From positions 1 through 29,222 of the forward strand of contig CATMOE010000048.1 in the NCBI GenBank assembly GCA_950072105.1: a DNA stretch of 29,222 nucleotides, in the 5' to 3' direction. Below the pieces are notes generated by a model, which was given only the letters and a program-made list of their open reading frames with translations, did not search any database and was not told the DNA's origin. The translations under genes and the position numbers were made by a program. This document shows, piece after piece, positions 18,643-27,288 of this stretch (position 1 is its first letter; every line of letters begins with the position of its first letter). The stretch comes from an uncultured Dehalococcoidia bacterium (GTDB taxonomy: Bacteria; Chloroflexota; Dehalococcoidia; Lucifugimonadales; UBA3495).

Positions 18643-19596
18643 TCAGTTCCCTTCAAGAAAACGCCTCGGGTTGTCAACCATCATCGTGTGGATGTCTTGG
18701 TCGGTTGCACCCAACTCTTTGAGGCGCGGCAGTACGTAGCGTCCGATGAAGTTGAATCCGTCGGGATTGGCGGCGCGGCGCGCTTCTTGCTCTTCCGGGC
18801 TGTAGCGGGCTTTGGGCACCGAGTAGTCGTGGGAGAGCATGATCCGGCCGCAGTGGCCCTCGTCGATGAGTTTCTTTACGATCTCGGTGCGTTGTTCCCA
18901 ATCGGGTGTACCGGGGACCCGACCTCCCGGATACCGGTCCATGCCCAACCAGACACCTTTGGCCAGCAGCCCCAACAGGTAGCCCATGTCCGTGTCGTCG
19001 CTGCTGTGGCCGATGTAGACCCGGTTTAGATCGACGCCCTCTTCTTCCAAGATGCGGACTTGCTGGTCGCCCACCCGGTCCGGAGACCAGGTGTGGGTCG
19101 ATATGGGAATGCCGGTCTGCTTGTGGGTGCGGGCCGCCGCACGCAGGACATTTTCTTGGGGCTGAGTAACCCCTCCCCGGTCGCTGGCGACCTTGATGAT
19201 GCCGGCCTTGATCCCGGTACCTTCGATCCCTTCCTCGATCTCCCTAACGTACATCGCGGCGATAACGTCGGGTGACACCTCGCCGAAGGGACGGGGTACC
19301 GCCAAGTGGTTGCCGGTGGCGGCGATGACTTGAATGCCGCTCTCCCGGGAAACCTCTTGTATCAGTTCGATGTCCCGCCCCAGGTCGAAGGTGCTCACTT
19401 CGATCATCGTCCGGACACCCTCGGCGTAGGCATCCTTAAAAGCGGCTACCGCCTGTTTTTTCAGGGCGGGGCGGTTGATGATCTCGGGATAGGTGTGGCG
19501 CAGTCCGGCGGCGTTGGTTCCCACGTGCTCGTGACTCAAGGTAAATCCCAAGTCCGCCGTGTCTATCGGCCCCAAAACCGTGTTTACAGATGGCAT
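18643..19596 (-). CDS. Phosphotriesterase-family (PTE/PHP) metallohydrolase or lactonase
   Basis: VNTVLGPI, LGFTLSHEH, GIKAGIIK (carbamylated Lys position), ISTHT, YIGHS, MLSHD, DNPRRFL. Confidence 0.92.
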   Translation of the reverse strand: MPSVNTVLGPIDTADLGFTLSHEHVGTNAAGLRHTYPEIINRPALKKQAVAAFKDAYAEGVRTMIEVSTFDLGRDIELIQEVSRESGIQVIAATGNHLAVPRPFGEVSPDVIAAMYVREIEEGIEGTGIKAGIIKVASDRGGVTQPQENVLRAAARTHKQTGIPISTHTWSPDRVGDQQVRILEEEGVDLNRVYIGHSSDDTDMGYLLGLLAKGVWLGMDRYPGGRVPGTPDWEQRTEIVKKLIDEGHCGRIMLSHDYSVPKARYSPEEQEARRAANPDGFNFIGRYVLPRLKELGATDQDIHTMMVDNPRRFLEGN

Positions 19597-19664
19597 GATG
19601 CTGTCTCCTGGCCGGACCTTTGCCCGGTTTACATAACTTGGCGCTTCGAATGGCCCGAGCGGCG

Positions 19665-20765
19665 TTATCGGCCGGGAACCGCCATCTCCCGGCCCTGGTC
19701 CGACGCTGCCTGGATGCTGTCGATGAAGTGATGCAGCTCCACGGCGGTGTTGAAGTCGGGCTGGCAGGGGTCTCCCGATCGGATGCTTTGGCCGAACTGG
19801 TAGTACATCTGCCCCACGTTGTAGGGCGCGCCCCGGGGCATGCCCTCTAGCACGTTGGTGAATCTGCCGGGGATCTCTAGTGCTTCTAGTTTATTATTGC
19901 CCTGGGCGCCACTTAGCTGCACCCCATCTTGGTTGGGAGATTCACCGGAAGACGCCACCAGCGTTCCTTTCCGCCCGTATATCTCCATGCGGTACCCGCT
20001 GCCGACCGAGGGATTGCTGGCGACGTGGACCGAGGCCACGCCACCGCCGGCCAACCTGCCGCTGACTAGGATGTTGTCGGGCGAGGTTACGTCGACAAGT
20101 TGGTTGGTGTCCTTCTCGAACCACTGCTTGGCCTGGTTGCTGACCACGGTGGAAACGTTGCTGAAGTCTCCCACGACAAATCGCAAGGCGTCGATAGTGT
20201 GGCCGCAGGAGATGGTCAATGTATTCGCGCCCAACTCCACGTCTTTTTGCCAAGTCCGGTCGGAAGTCCGTTCCAGGGTCCCGCCGTCGATCCGGCTGAC
20301 GTGGCATGACATAACCTCGCCCACGTAACCCGACTCCACCAGTTCCTTGGCGTACAAGATGCTGGGCGCGGCTCGAGCTTGAAGTCCCACCATGTTCCGG
20401 ACCCCTTTTGCCTGGGCCGCGTCGGCCATCTCCTGGGCCTCTGCGGTTGTCCGGCCCAAGGGCCACTCGACATAAACGTGCTTTCCGGCGTTGATGGCGT
20501 CCATGGTCGGCTCGTAATGGGCCGGGACTCGCAAGCTGACTGCCACGGCATCGATGTCCGGGTGGGCCAGCATCTTATGGTAGTCGTCGAAGGCCAGTTT
20601 GGCCCCGTACTTCTGCCGGGACTCTTCGGCACTTTCCATACGGGTGGTGCAAACCGCCGTCAGTTCGAATTCGGGGCTGGCCACGATAGCGGGCAAGTGG
20701 GCCCGTGGCGCCCATCCCCGGTGGATGTTGGCTCCTATTATGCCCAAACGAATCTTATCTGCCAA
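19665..20765 (-). CDS. Gfo/Idh/MocA family oxidoreductase
   Basis: IRLGIIGAN, AHLPA, AGKHVYVEWPLG, GHTID, PDFNTAVELH; TTG 20765 follows an AAGGAG SD. Confidence 0.9.
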   Translation of the reverse strand: MADKIRLGIIGANIHRGWAPRAHLPAIVASPEFELTAVCTTRMESAEESRQKYGAKLAFDDYHKMLAHPDIDAVAVSLRVPAHYEPTMDAINAGKHVYVEWPLGRTTAEAQEMADAAQAKGVRNMVGLQARAAPSILYAKELVESGYVGEVMSCHVSRIDGGTLERTSDRTWQKDVELGANTLTISCGHTIDALRFVVGDFSNVSTVVSNQAKQWFEKDTNQLVDVTSPDNILVSGRLAGGGVASVHVASNPSVGSGYRMEIYGRKGTLVASSGESPNQDGVQLSGAQGNNKLEALEIPGRFTNVLEGMPRGAPYNVGQMYYQFGQSIRSGDPCQPDFNTAVELHHFIDSIQAASDQGREMAVPGR

Positions 20766-20884
20766 AACGTTCTTCTCCTTTAGTGATGTGTGATTAGCCA
20801 ATCATTTTGGAGTTGGACCGGAGACCCGTAGCAAACGATTCATTCCGGCGGCGACTTGTCCGTGCGGCCCAGCCTTCTGTCACC

Positions 20885-21724
20885 CTAATGCCCGTGTTGG
20901 TCTTGATTCCCGTGCTCATCCTGGGGACGGGCCCGCCCGGAGAGTTCTTCCAAGCGATCTACGGCATCGTGCACCGCATCCGTCTGAAGCAATGACTCTA
21001 TCTCTTCCGCGGCTTCATGCCGTTCCCCCGTTGTCGAATCTTAGAAATGCTCCACGTGATGCAATGATGCGTCTTTCTCTCCAACCCGTGCGGAAGACAA
21101 CGCAAGAGTGAGGTGCATTCCTTGATCATCCAGTCCCACGTCTTCAAGACCGGCAAGCATCCCCTCAACGATGTGGCCTCCGTCGTGGATATCCCCTCCT
21201 TCCAACAGTTCGATCGCCTTTTTCATCTGGGCGAGGTGCTCGCCCTCGGTCAGGTCGACGATGTGTCCTAGGTGATGGGCGCCTTCCCCTTGGTCGCCGC
21301 CTTCGATGGAAAAGAGAGCCATCCAGTGATGAAGGGCTAACTCATCCGGCCCGGTGGGGGCGTCGGAATGCATGTGCTGGCGTTCTCCTCCAAGGCCGTC
21401 GATGAATGTCGTGATGGCCTCCATCTCTTCGTTGGAGATCTTATCCGGCGGAAAGACCGGCATGATCCCCAAAGGAGCTCTGATCTGGCGCTTTACAACT
21501 GCCGCCGAATGCCCCGCCAACGGCGGGGCGAATGACGAGCCCTCTGCGCTTTGACCATGACAGGCCGCGCATCCTTTGTCGACGAACAACTGGTGTCCCG
21601 TGGAAAGGGCAGCGGGCGCTGGGGCGGTCGTGGACGTTGGCGATGGCGTTGGGTCAGGCTGGCTACAGGCCAGCGCCAAGAGCGCCAGACCGGCAAACAT
21701 TAGGCCATTGATCATGTTTCTCAT
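20885..21724 (-). pseudogene. Lipoprotein cytochrome c with two His-rich helical repeats, interrupted by an in-frame TAA at 21041-21043 (227 aa as read, 279 codons if repaired)
   Basis: Lipobox LALAC, Pro/Thr linker, CAACH haem motif, distal Met in GIMP; the frame stays open for 51 codons past the TAA and completes the second repeat, ending DEHGNQDQHGH*. Confidence 0.75.
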
Positions 21725-21791
21725 TCAGCACCCCCAATATCTTGATTGACGGGCAGTCCAATATCCCGGGTTTTTCCGACGGGAGGCAGTT

Positions 21792-22073
21792 TTACCCGTC
21801 GCGGGATGGATTGGTGGCAAAGTAGAGCCAAGCCCCTTCGGTCCACCCTCCCCGGAATTCCGCGGAACTCGTGACAGGAACGACGTGAGCTAGATGCAAA
21901 CCTTGCTGGAGCATCTCCCGGGAGACTTCCTCCATCTCGGTTGCCAGCCGTTGACGCCACGTCCTCTCGTTCTCATTTGATAGTGGAAGACCAAAAATAC
22001 GCCTGGACCTTCGCCCCGTGCCCACATACACTACCCGGCAATCCGGTTCAACATCGTTCGTAGCCATTTGCAT
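21792..22073 (-). CDS. Small hypothetical protein (93 aa)
   Basis: Start immediately follows the LLM stop (TGA-ATG); fills the operon gap; protein-like composition (GGWTEGAWLYF). Confidence 0.65.
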   Translation of the reverse strand: MQMATNDVEPDCRVVYVGTGRRSRRIFGLPLSNENERTWRQRLATEMEEVSREMLQQGLHLAHVVPVTSSAEFRGGWTEGAWLYFATNPSRDG

Positions 22074-23042
22074 TCAGCCCAAGGCCGGCAGGACGTGCTC
22101 GGTAAACTTGGCAAGCTGGTCCATCTGGTTGGGCGAAGCGAAACGCACGATGAAGTAATCGATCCCGGATTCCTGGTACTTGTGCATGGTGTCGATGCAC
22201 TTCTGGGGCGGGCCGAATACGCACAAGAGTTGTTTGCTGATGACCTCATAGGGGATGCTGTAGTAGGCCCGCATGAACTCGTCGCCTTCCGAAATCGCGG
22301 CGTCTTCGTCGTTGAGGTTCACCGAGATGTATAGGGCCCGCCCGATGGCCTTGGGGTCCCGTCCAAATGCCGACGCATGGTCTTCTATCTTTGCCCAGCA
22401 TTGATTGAGCAGGTCGACGGACGGTACGTTGGTGATCCAGGCGTCTCCCATCTCGGCTACCCGCCGGAGGCCGCGTTTAACCCAGTTACTGGAGATCCAG
22501 ACGGGTATGGATGGCTGGACCGGTCTTGGTTCCAGGGTTACGTCATGGATGGGGTAGTGTTCGCCGGAGCTGGAAACGTGCTCCTCGGTCCAGAGGGCAC
22601 GCATCAGGTTGATGCTCTCTTCCATGCGGGCAGCCCGTTCTCCGATGGGTACTCCAACGTTGGTGTGTTCGTCGATGAACATCTGGTTGTTGCCTCGGCC
22701 GGCGCCGACGCCGAGGATCACTCGTCCACCGGAAATGTTGTCTATGGTCGCCAATGAATGGGCCAGGTGCACCGGGTGCCGCAGCGCGTTCAGCATGACG
22801 GCCGTGCCGATCTTTACCCGGCTGGTGCGCGCGCCCAGGGCTGCCATGATGGTTAGAGGCTCCAATCTGGGCTTGGAAGTGATGCTGTCTCCTACCCACA
22901 CGGAGTCGTAGCCAAGCCTTTCGGCAGTCTCCGCCATCTGCCAGTTAAGCTCAACCCGCGGCCCGGCGCTCTGAGCGTGTACCAGAACACCTCTGGTGGG
23001 CAACAGGACGCCGATGTTGTCTAGAGATGCCAATTTATTCAC
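22074..23042 (-). CDS. LLM-class oxidoreductase (possibly F420-dependent, Rv2161c-like)
   Basis: AERLGYDSVWVGDS, LEPLTIMAALGARTSRVKIGTAV, DNISGGRVILGVGAG, LEPRPVQ. Confidence 0.92.
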   Translation of the reverse strand: MNKLASLDNIGVLLPTRGVLVHAQSAGPRVELNWQMAETAERLGYDSVWVGDSITSKPRLEPLTIMAALGARTSRVKIGTAVMLNALRHPVHLAHSLATIDNISGGRVILGVGAGRGNNQMFIDEHTNVGVPIGERAARMEESINLMRALWTEEHVSSSGEHYPIHDVTLEPRPVQPSIPVWISSNWVKRGLRRVAEMGDAWITNVPSVDLLNQCWAKIEDHASAFGRDPKAIGRALYISVNLNDEDAAISEGDEFMRAYYSIPYEVISKQLLCVFGPPQKCIDTMHKYQESGIDYFIVRFASPNQMDQLAKFTEHVLPALG

Positions 23043-23091
23043 CTGCCGATGTTGTTGTTTGGGTTAATGTTTGGGATGGGGGTGCCCCTAT

Positions 23092-24132
23092 TTAACTATC
23101 GTCCTGGCTGATCACGGGCCGTTGGATGCAGGTGCCCGGCAACTGCTCCGCTACCAGGACCCGCATTACCTCATCGCCCGAATTGTGGAGGCCGTGGGGA
23201 ACACCCGCCGGGATGAAAACCAGGTCTCCGCTGGACACCTGGATGTCTTCCTTCCCCACCGTCTGCCGCCCCGACGCGGCAAGGAAATAATGTACCGCTT
23301 CGCCATGGCTGTGGAATGTGGTGTCCTTGTATCCGGGTGGCACCAGGCGTATAGATAGTTGCAGGGTATGGATGTTGAACCCCAACTCGGGCGCTATCAA
23401 GGGAACCGTTTGGCTATCCGCTGGCAACTCCCAGGGGACCTCGTTTTTCCGGACCAGCCAGCGTTTGGCCTGCCGGCGCCGGTCCATCTCCTCGTCCAGC
23501 ACACCAAGCTCATGGAGAAAGTGTTGCCGGCGGGAGTATAGCGCGGCCGAACCCATGGATGGCGGGTCCTCTTTTTGGGTAGAGTTGAGCAGATCGTCCA
23601 GATCGTCCTGGCCCTCCATGTCGGCCATTGGGTACTGCCAAGACGCCGGGACCGGAAGCTGCGTACCGGGGATCTGATGGAAGGCGATGAAGACCATGGG
23701 CTCGTCCCCGGTATTCTCAGTGCCATGCCATACGTTTCCCGGGATGAAGGCCATGTCTCCCGGCTCCACCACTACCTCTTCCTTGTCGATGATCTCTTTC
23801 CCTTTCCCTTCCAAATAGAACTTAACCGCGTCGCCATGGGTGTGAAAAGCGCCATCGGTCTCCTTGCCGGCGATGGAACGTTTGAACACCCGAAATGTAT
23901 GTATGTTGAAACCTAGTTCGGGAGAAATAATCCTGGCTAGGAGATGGCCCTCTTGCGTGGTGGGGTGGACCCGGGACGCAGACTCCCACTTGATGTCCTC
24001 GGCCTTTACCAGCAGCCGATTTTCGCCGCGTCTACGGTCGAATTCCTTGTCGATGCGGCCGAAACTGCCGATGATCAAATCCCGCCTCTCGGCGAGTTGG
24101 GAAGGGGTCAGGTCGCTAAGGTTGATGGGCAT
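23092..24132 (-). CDS. Bicupin (two tandem cupin domains), possible dioxygenase
   Basis: Two copies of PELGFNIHT...HxHG(D/E)AV...GD..FIP....HG..N.GDE. Confidence 0.85.
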   Translation of the reverse strand: MPINLSDLTPSQLAERRDLIIGSFGRIDKEFDRRRGENRLLVKAEDIKWESASRVHPTTQEGHLLARIISPELGFNIHTFRVFKRSIAGKETDGAFHTHGDAVKFYLEGKGKEIIDKEEVVVEPGDMAFIPGNVWHGTENTGDEPMVFIAFHQIPGTQLPVPASWQYPMADMEGQDDLDDLLNSTQKEDPPSMGSAALYSRRQHFLHELGVLDEEMDRRRQAKRWLVRKNEVPWELPADSQTVPLIAPELGFNIHTLQLSIRLVPPGYKDTTFHSHGEAVHYFLAASGRQTVGKEDIQVSSGDLVFIPAGVPHGLHNSGDEVMRVLVAEQLPGTCIQRPVISQDDS

Positions 24133-24192
24133 GGTTTATTCTCCGGCGTTCATTTTGTTGCCTGGATGAGAGCTTGTTCATTATGAGTGTCT

Positions 24193-24276
24193 CACCCCCG
24201 TCCCTTCGTCCTTCCCCCGTAAAGTGAAAGAGACTTATCTCCTCCCCCCTTGCGGGGGAGGATTAAGGTGGGGGGT
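24193..24276. repeat. REP-like palindromic extragenic element (inverted doublet)
   Basis: Hairpin TCCTCCCCC-CTTGC-GGGGGAGGA (24240-24262) followed by TTAAGGTGGGGGG; degenerate inverted partner CACCCCCGTCCCTTCGTCCTTCCCCCGTAAAG at 24193-24224. Confidence 0.6.
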
Positions 24277-24311
24277 ACGTTCCAATTCCCTAAATTCAGA
24301 TCACAATGGCA

Positions 24312-25547
24312 TTACGCGCTTCGCTTGGCGAATTCCGCCTGGGCTTCTTTTAGCCTGGCTGGGTCTCTTAGGAAGTCGCCGGCCGTCAGGCTGAGGACCT
24401 TGGCGACGTTCAAGGCGCTGGATAACGCTGTCTCGGTGATGGCCGTTTCGGTCATCTGCCTGGAATGGGAAGGCACCGGAGTCTCGCTGACGGCATAGCG
24501 CAGTTCAAGGGACGGCAAGACCTGGCTCACGTTCCCGAAATCGGTGGACGCGCCGCTGCCCCGCCGGCCGCCGGTGGGAGCGTCGATACGCATCCCCACG
24601 GCCTCGGCGTTGGCGCGGAAGTTTTCGGCAAGTACCGCGTTGGGCAGGACATTCTCGTAGAACGGGTAATAGGGCTCGACTTCGAGGGTGGCTCCCGTGA
24701 TCAACGCCGCGCCTTCGGCAATCTTCAAAACCTTCCCCACGATGACGTCGCTGAGGTAATTGCGGTCCCGGCACCGGAGCATGAAGTTGGCGGCAGCGAA
24801 CTCGGGGACCACGTTGGGAGCCAGTCCTCCGTCGGTGATGATTCCGTGGATCCGCGTGTCTTCCCGCAGGTGTTGTCGTAGAGCGTCGATGCCGGTGAAT
24901 AGGTGGATCAAGGAATTCAGGGCGTTGATGCCTTCCTCCGGAGCGGCGGCGGCGTGGGCCGCTTTGCCATGGTAGATGTAGCGGAAGCCGACCATTGCCA
25001 GGCTCCAGCTTTCGTCCATGGGGATGTCCTGGGGAATGATCGTGCGATTGGATGAAGGGTGGGAGGACAGGCATATATCCACGCCGTCGAAAACACCGGC
25101 CTCCAATAATTTGATCTTTCCTCCGCCTCCCTCTTCAGCGGGAGTTCCGATGACGACCAGGCGGCCCGGTAGATTCTTCATGTTGGCTTGGACTCCCAGC
25201 CCTGCGCCCAAGCCCGCCATGGCGATAAGGTTGTGGCCACAGCCATGGCCGATCTCCGGCAAAGCGTCGTACTCGGCCAGAACCGCGACTGTCGGTCCGT
25301 CGCCGGCGCCGCCTTCCAGGGTGGCGCGGAACGCCGTCTCCACGCCGCCAATGCCCCGCTCCACGGCAAAGTCGTGGGCTTCCAGCGTGTCGGATAGGAG
25401 TTTGGCCGCGTGAAACTCCTGGTAGTTCAGTTCCGGGTGGGCATGAATGTCCAGGGCTATTCCGAACAACTCCTCGCGGGCGGCATCGATAGCCTTGGTC
25501 GCAGTTTCGGTTAGAGCGCTATTTGAACCAGCTTGTTCAGTAGGCAT
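24312..25547 (-). CDS. M20 family metallopeptidase/amidohydrolase (PM20D2/AbgB-like)
   Basis: IHAHPELNYQE, AEYDALP, GHGCGHNLI, GTPAEEGGGGK, GKAAHAA, GASTDFGNVS; AGGAG SD. Confidence 0.93.
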   Translation of the reverse strand: MPTEQAGSNSALTETATKAIDAAREELFGIALDIHAHPELNYQEFHAAKLLSDTLEAHDFAVERGIGGVETAFRATLEGGAGDGPTVAVLAEYDALPEIGHGCGHNLIAMAGLGAGLGVQANMKNLPGRLVVIGTPAEEGGGGKIKLLEAGVFDGVDICLSSHPSSNRTIIPQDIPMDESWSLAMVGFRYIYHGKAAHAAAAPEEGINALNSLIHLFTGIDALRQHLREDTRIHGIITDGGLAPNVVPEFAAANFMLRCRDRNYLSDVIVGKVLKIAEGAALITGATLEVEPYYPFYENVLPNAVLAENFRANAEAVGMRIDAPTGGRRGSGASTDFGNVSQVLPSLELRYAVSETPVPSHSRQMTETAITETALSSALNVAKVLSLTAGDFLRDPARLKEAQAEFAKRSA

Positions 25548-25607
25548 TGCTTTCTCCTGGTCTGCATCGTTCCGGAGTTGCCCGAAGAAAATCCTTGGGT
25601 GTTCTAG

Positions 25608-25652
25608 ATTCTACACCGGAAATGAGTTTTCGTGCTCGGTGTAGAGTACAAT
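25608..25652. promoter_or_regulatory. Divergent promoter/operator between the M20 hydrolase and amidase genes
   Basis: Perfect inverted repeat TCTACACCG-N18-CGGTGTAGA (25610-25645); minus-strand TAGAAT at 25613-25608; plus-strand TACAAT at 25647-25652. Confidence 0.45.
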
Positions 25653-25713
25653 CCCATAGAAATGTCATATATCCATTCCCGTTAGCCAAATGGATGGTAA
25701 GAGGGGACGCGCT

Positions 25714-27228
25714 TTGACTGCGGCACAGCAAAAAACCGGCAGATTCTGCCTACAAGAAACAACCATCGCCGGCATCCAGCAAGCTTTTGCCGATGGTTCT
25801 ATTAGCGCTCGTCAATTGGTCGAGCTTTATCTGAACCGGATCGAAGCTTACGACCGTAATGGTCCCCAGATTAATTCGATAATCACGGTGAATCCCCAGG
25901 CGCTGGAAGACGCCGACCGGTTGGACAGGGATTTTGGGAACAACGGCCTCACCGGCCCCCTCCACGGCGTGCCGGTCATTCTCAAAGACCAGATGGACGC
26001 CCGGGGAATGCCCACTACTCTCGGTTCCGTGGTCTTCCGAGACTATTTCCCAGACCGGGATTGCTTTGTTACCGAGAAGTTGCGACAGGCCGGGGCGATC
26101 ATCCTAGCCAAAGCAACCCTGGGGGAACTGGGGCGTGGCGATACCCACGGGTCCCTGTTCGGGTCGACCAGAAACCCCTATGATCTGGCCCGGACGCCCG
26201 GCGGCTCGTCGGGAGGCCCCGGCGCCAGTGTATCGGCCAATCTGGGCGCGGTTGCCATCGGCCAGGAAGGATTCGCTTCCATCCGGAGACCTGCCGCTTG
26301 GAACGGCGTTACCGGAATCAGGCCGACTGCCGGTCTGGTCAGCCGGGGCGGGGTCTACGCCGGCTGGCCGGGGCAGCCAGGGTCCCTGGGTCCCCTGACC
26401 AGGTCGGTCACCGACCTGGCAAAGATGTTGGACGTGATGGTCGGATACGACCCGGACGACCCCATGACATCTTTCGGTGTCGGCCAGGCGCCGGAGACAT
26501 TCACCGATTCCCTCGACGGAGATGGCCTAAAGGGCGCTCGAATCGGCGTTATGACTCAATCTATGGGCTTTCATTCCGAGCCGGACTCCGATGATTTCCG
26601 GTTGGTCTCCCAGGTTTTCGACCGGGCCGCCGCCGAGTTGGAAAGCGCTGGGGCCACGGTCGTCCCAATGCCCGAGATACCGCGTCTGACGGAGTTGCTG
26701 GCGAAACGGGCCAGCGACGGCCGAAACGACGAAGCTTGGGACCGTTACTACGGACGCAGCGAGAACCCACCCTATGCATCGCCGGAGGCCATGATGCAGT
26801 CTCCGGATTACGCCAAGGTTCACCGGTCTAAGTATGCCGGAACCGCGCTGACCGGTCCGGCGGCCTATGCCGAGTATCTGCTGGCCCGAGAAGAGCTTAT
26901 GTTCAGCGTCATGAAGATAATGGCGGACGCCCAGTTGGACGCTATCGTCCATAAAACCGTGGAGCATCAACCGACGCTGATCGCCGAAGGTGTGGGACCG
27001 CCCTACTACGACATGAGGGGCACTACCCATATCAATACCTACCTGGTGCATGTGCCGTCGATCTCGGTCCCGGCGGGGTTCACGTCCGCCGGACTCCCCG
27101 TGGGGATCACCTTCCTCGGCCGCCCGTTCAGCGACCCAACGATGGTCAAACTTGCCTACGCCTACGAACAAGCTACCGGCCACCGAAGTCCGCCAGATTC
27201 AGCGCCGCCCTTGCCGGGAGAACCCTAG
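25714..27228 (+). CDS. Amidase-signature family protein
   Basis: GPLHGVPVILKD (Lys), RNPYDLARTPGGSSGG (cis-Ser), ASIRRP (nucleophile Ser), PSISVPAG, GLPVG; TTG 25714 follows a GAGGGG SD. Confidence 0.92.
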   Translation: MTAAQQKTGRFCLQETTIAGIQQAFADGSISARQLVELYLNRIEAYDRNGPQINSIITVNPQALEDADRLDRDFGNNGLTGPLHGVPVILKDQMDARGMPTTLGSVVFRDYFPDRDCFVTEKLRQAGAIILAKATLGELGRGDTHGSLFGSTRNPYDLARTPGGSSGGPGASVSANLGAVAIGQEGFASIRRPAAWNGVTGIRPTAGLVSRGGVYAGWPGQPGSLGPLTRSVTDLAKMLDVMVGYDPDDPMTSFGVGQAPETFTDSLDGDGLKGARIGVMTQSMGFHSEPDSDDFRLVSQVFDRAAAELESAGATVVPMPEIPRLTELLAKRASDGRNDEAWDRYYGRSENPPYASPEAMMQSPDYAKVHRSKYAGTALTGPAAYAEYLLAREELMFSVMKIMADAQLDAIVHKTVEHQPTLIAEGVGPPYYDMRGTTHINTYLVHVPSISVPAGFTSAGLPVGITFLGRPFSDPTMVKLAYAYEQATGHRSPPDSAPPLPGEP

Positions 27229-27288
27229 GCGAGAAATCTGCCGGAGACACGGCCCTCATACCTTGAATAACGGAGCGGTCCAAATAGA

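Noticed and set aside
20807..20995. 62-aa plus-strand ORF
   Set aside because: Antisense to the continuation of the cytochrome c frame; its VLVLIPVLIL stretch is the complement of the DEHGNQDQH tail
21041..21043. Selenocysteine or pyrrolysine read-through
   Set aside because: The codon is TAA, and other genes in the window terminate normally at TAA
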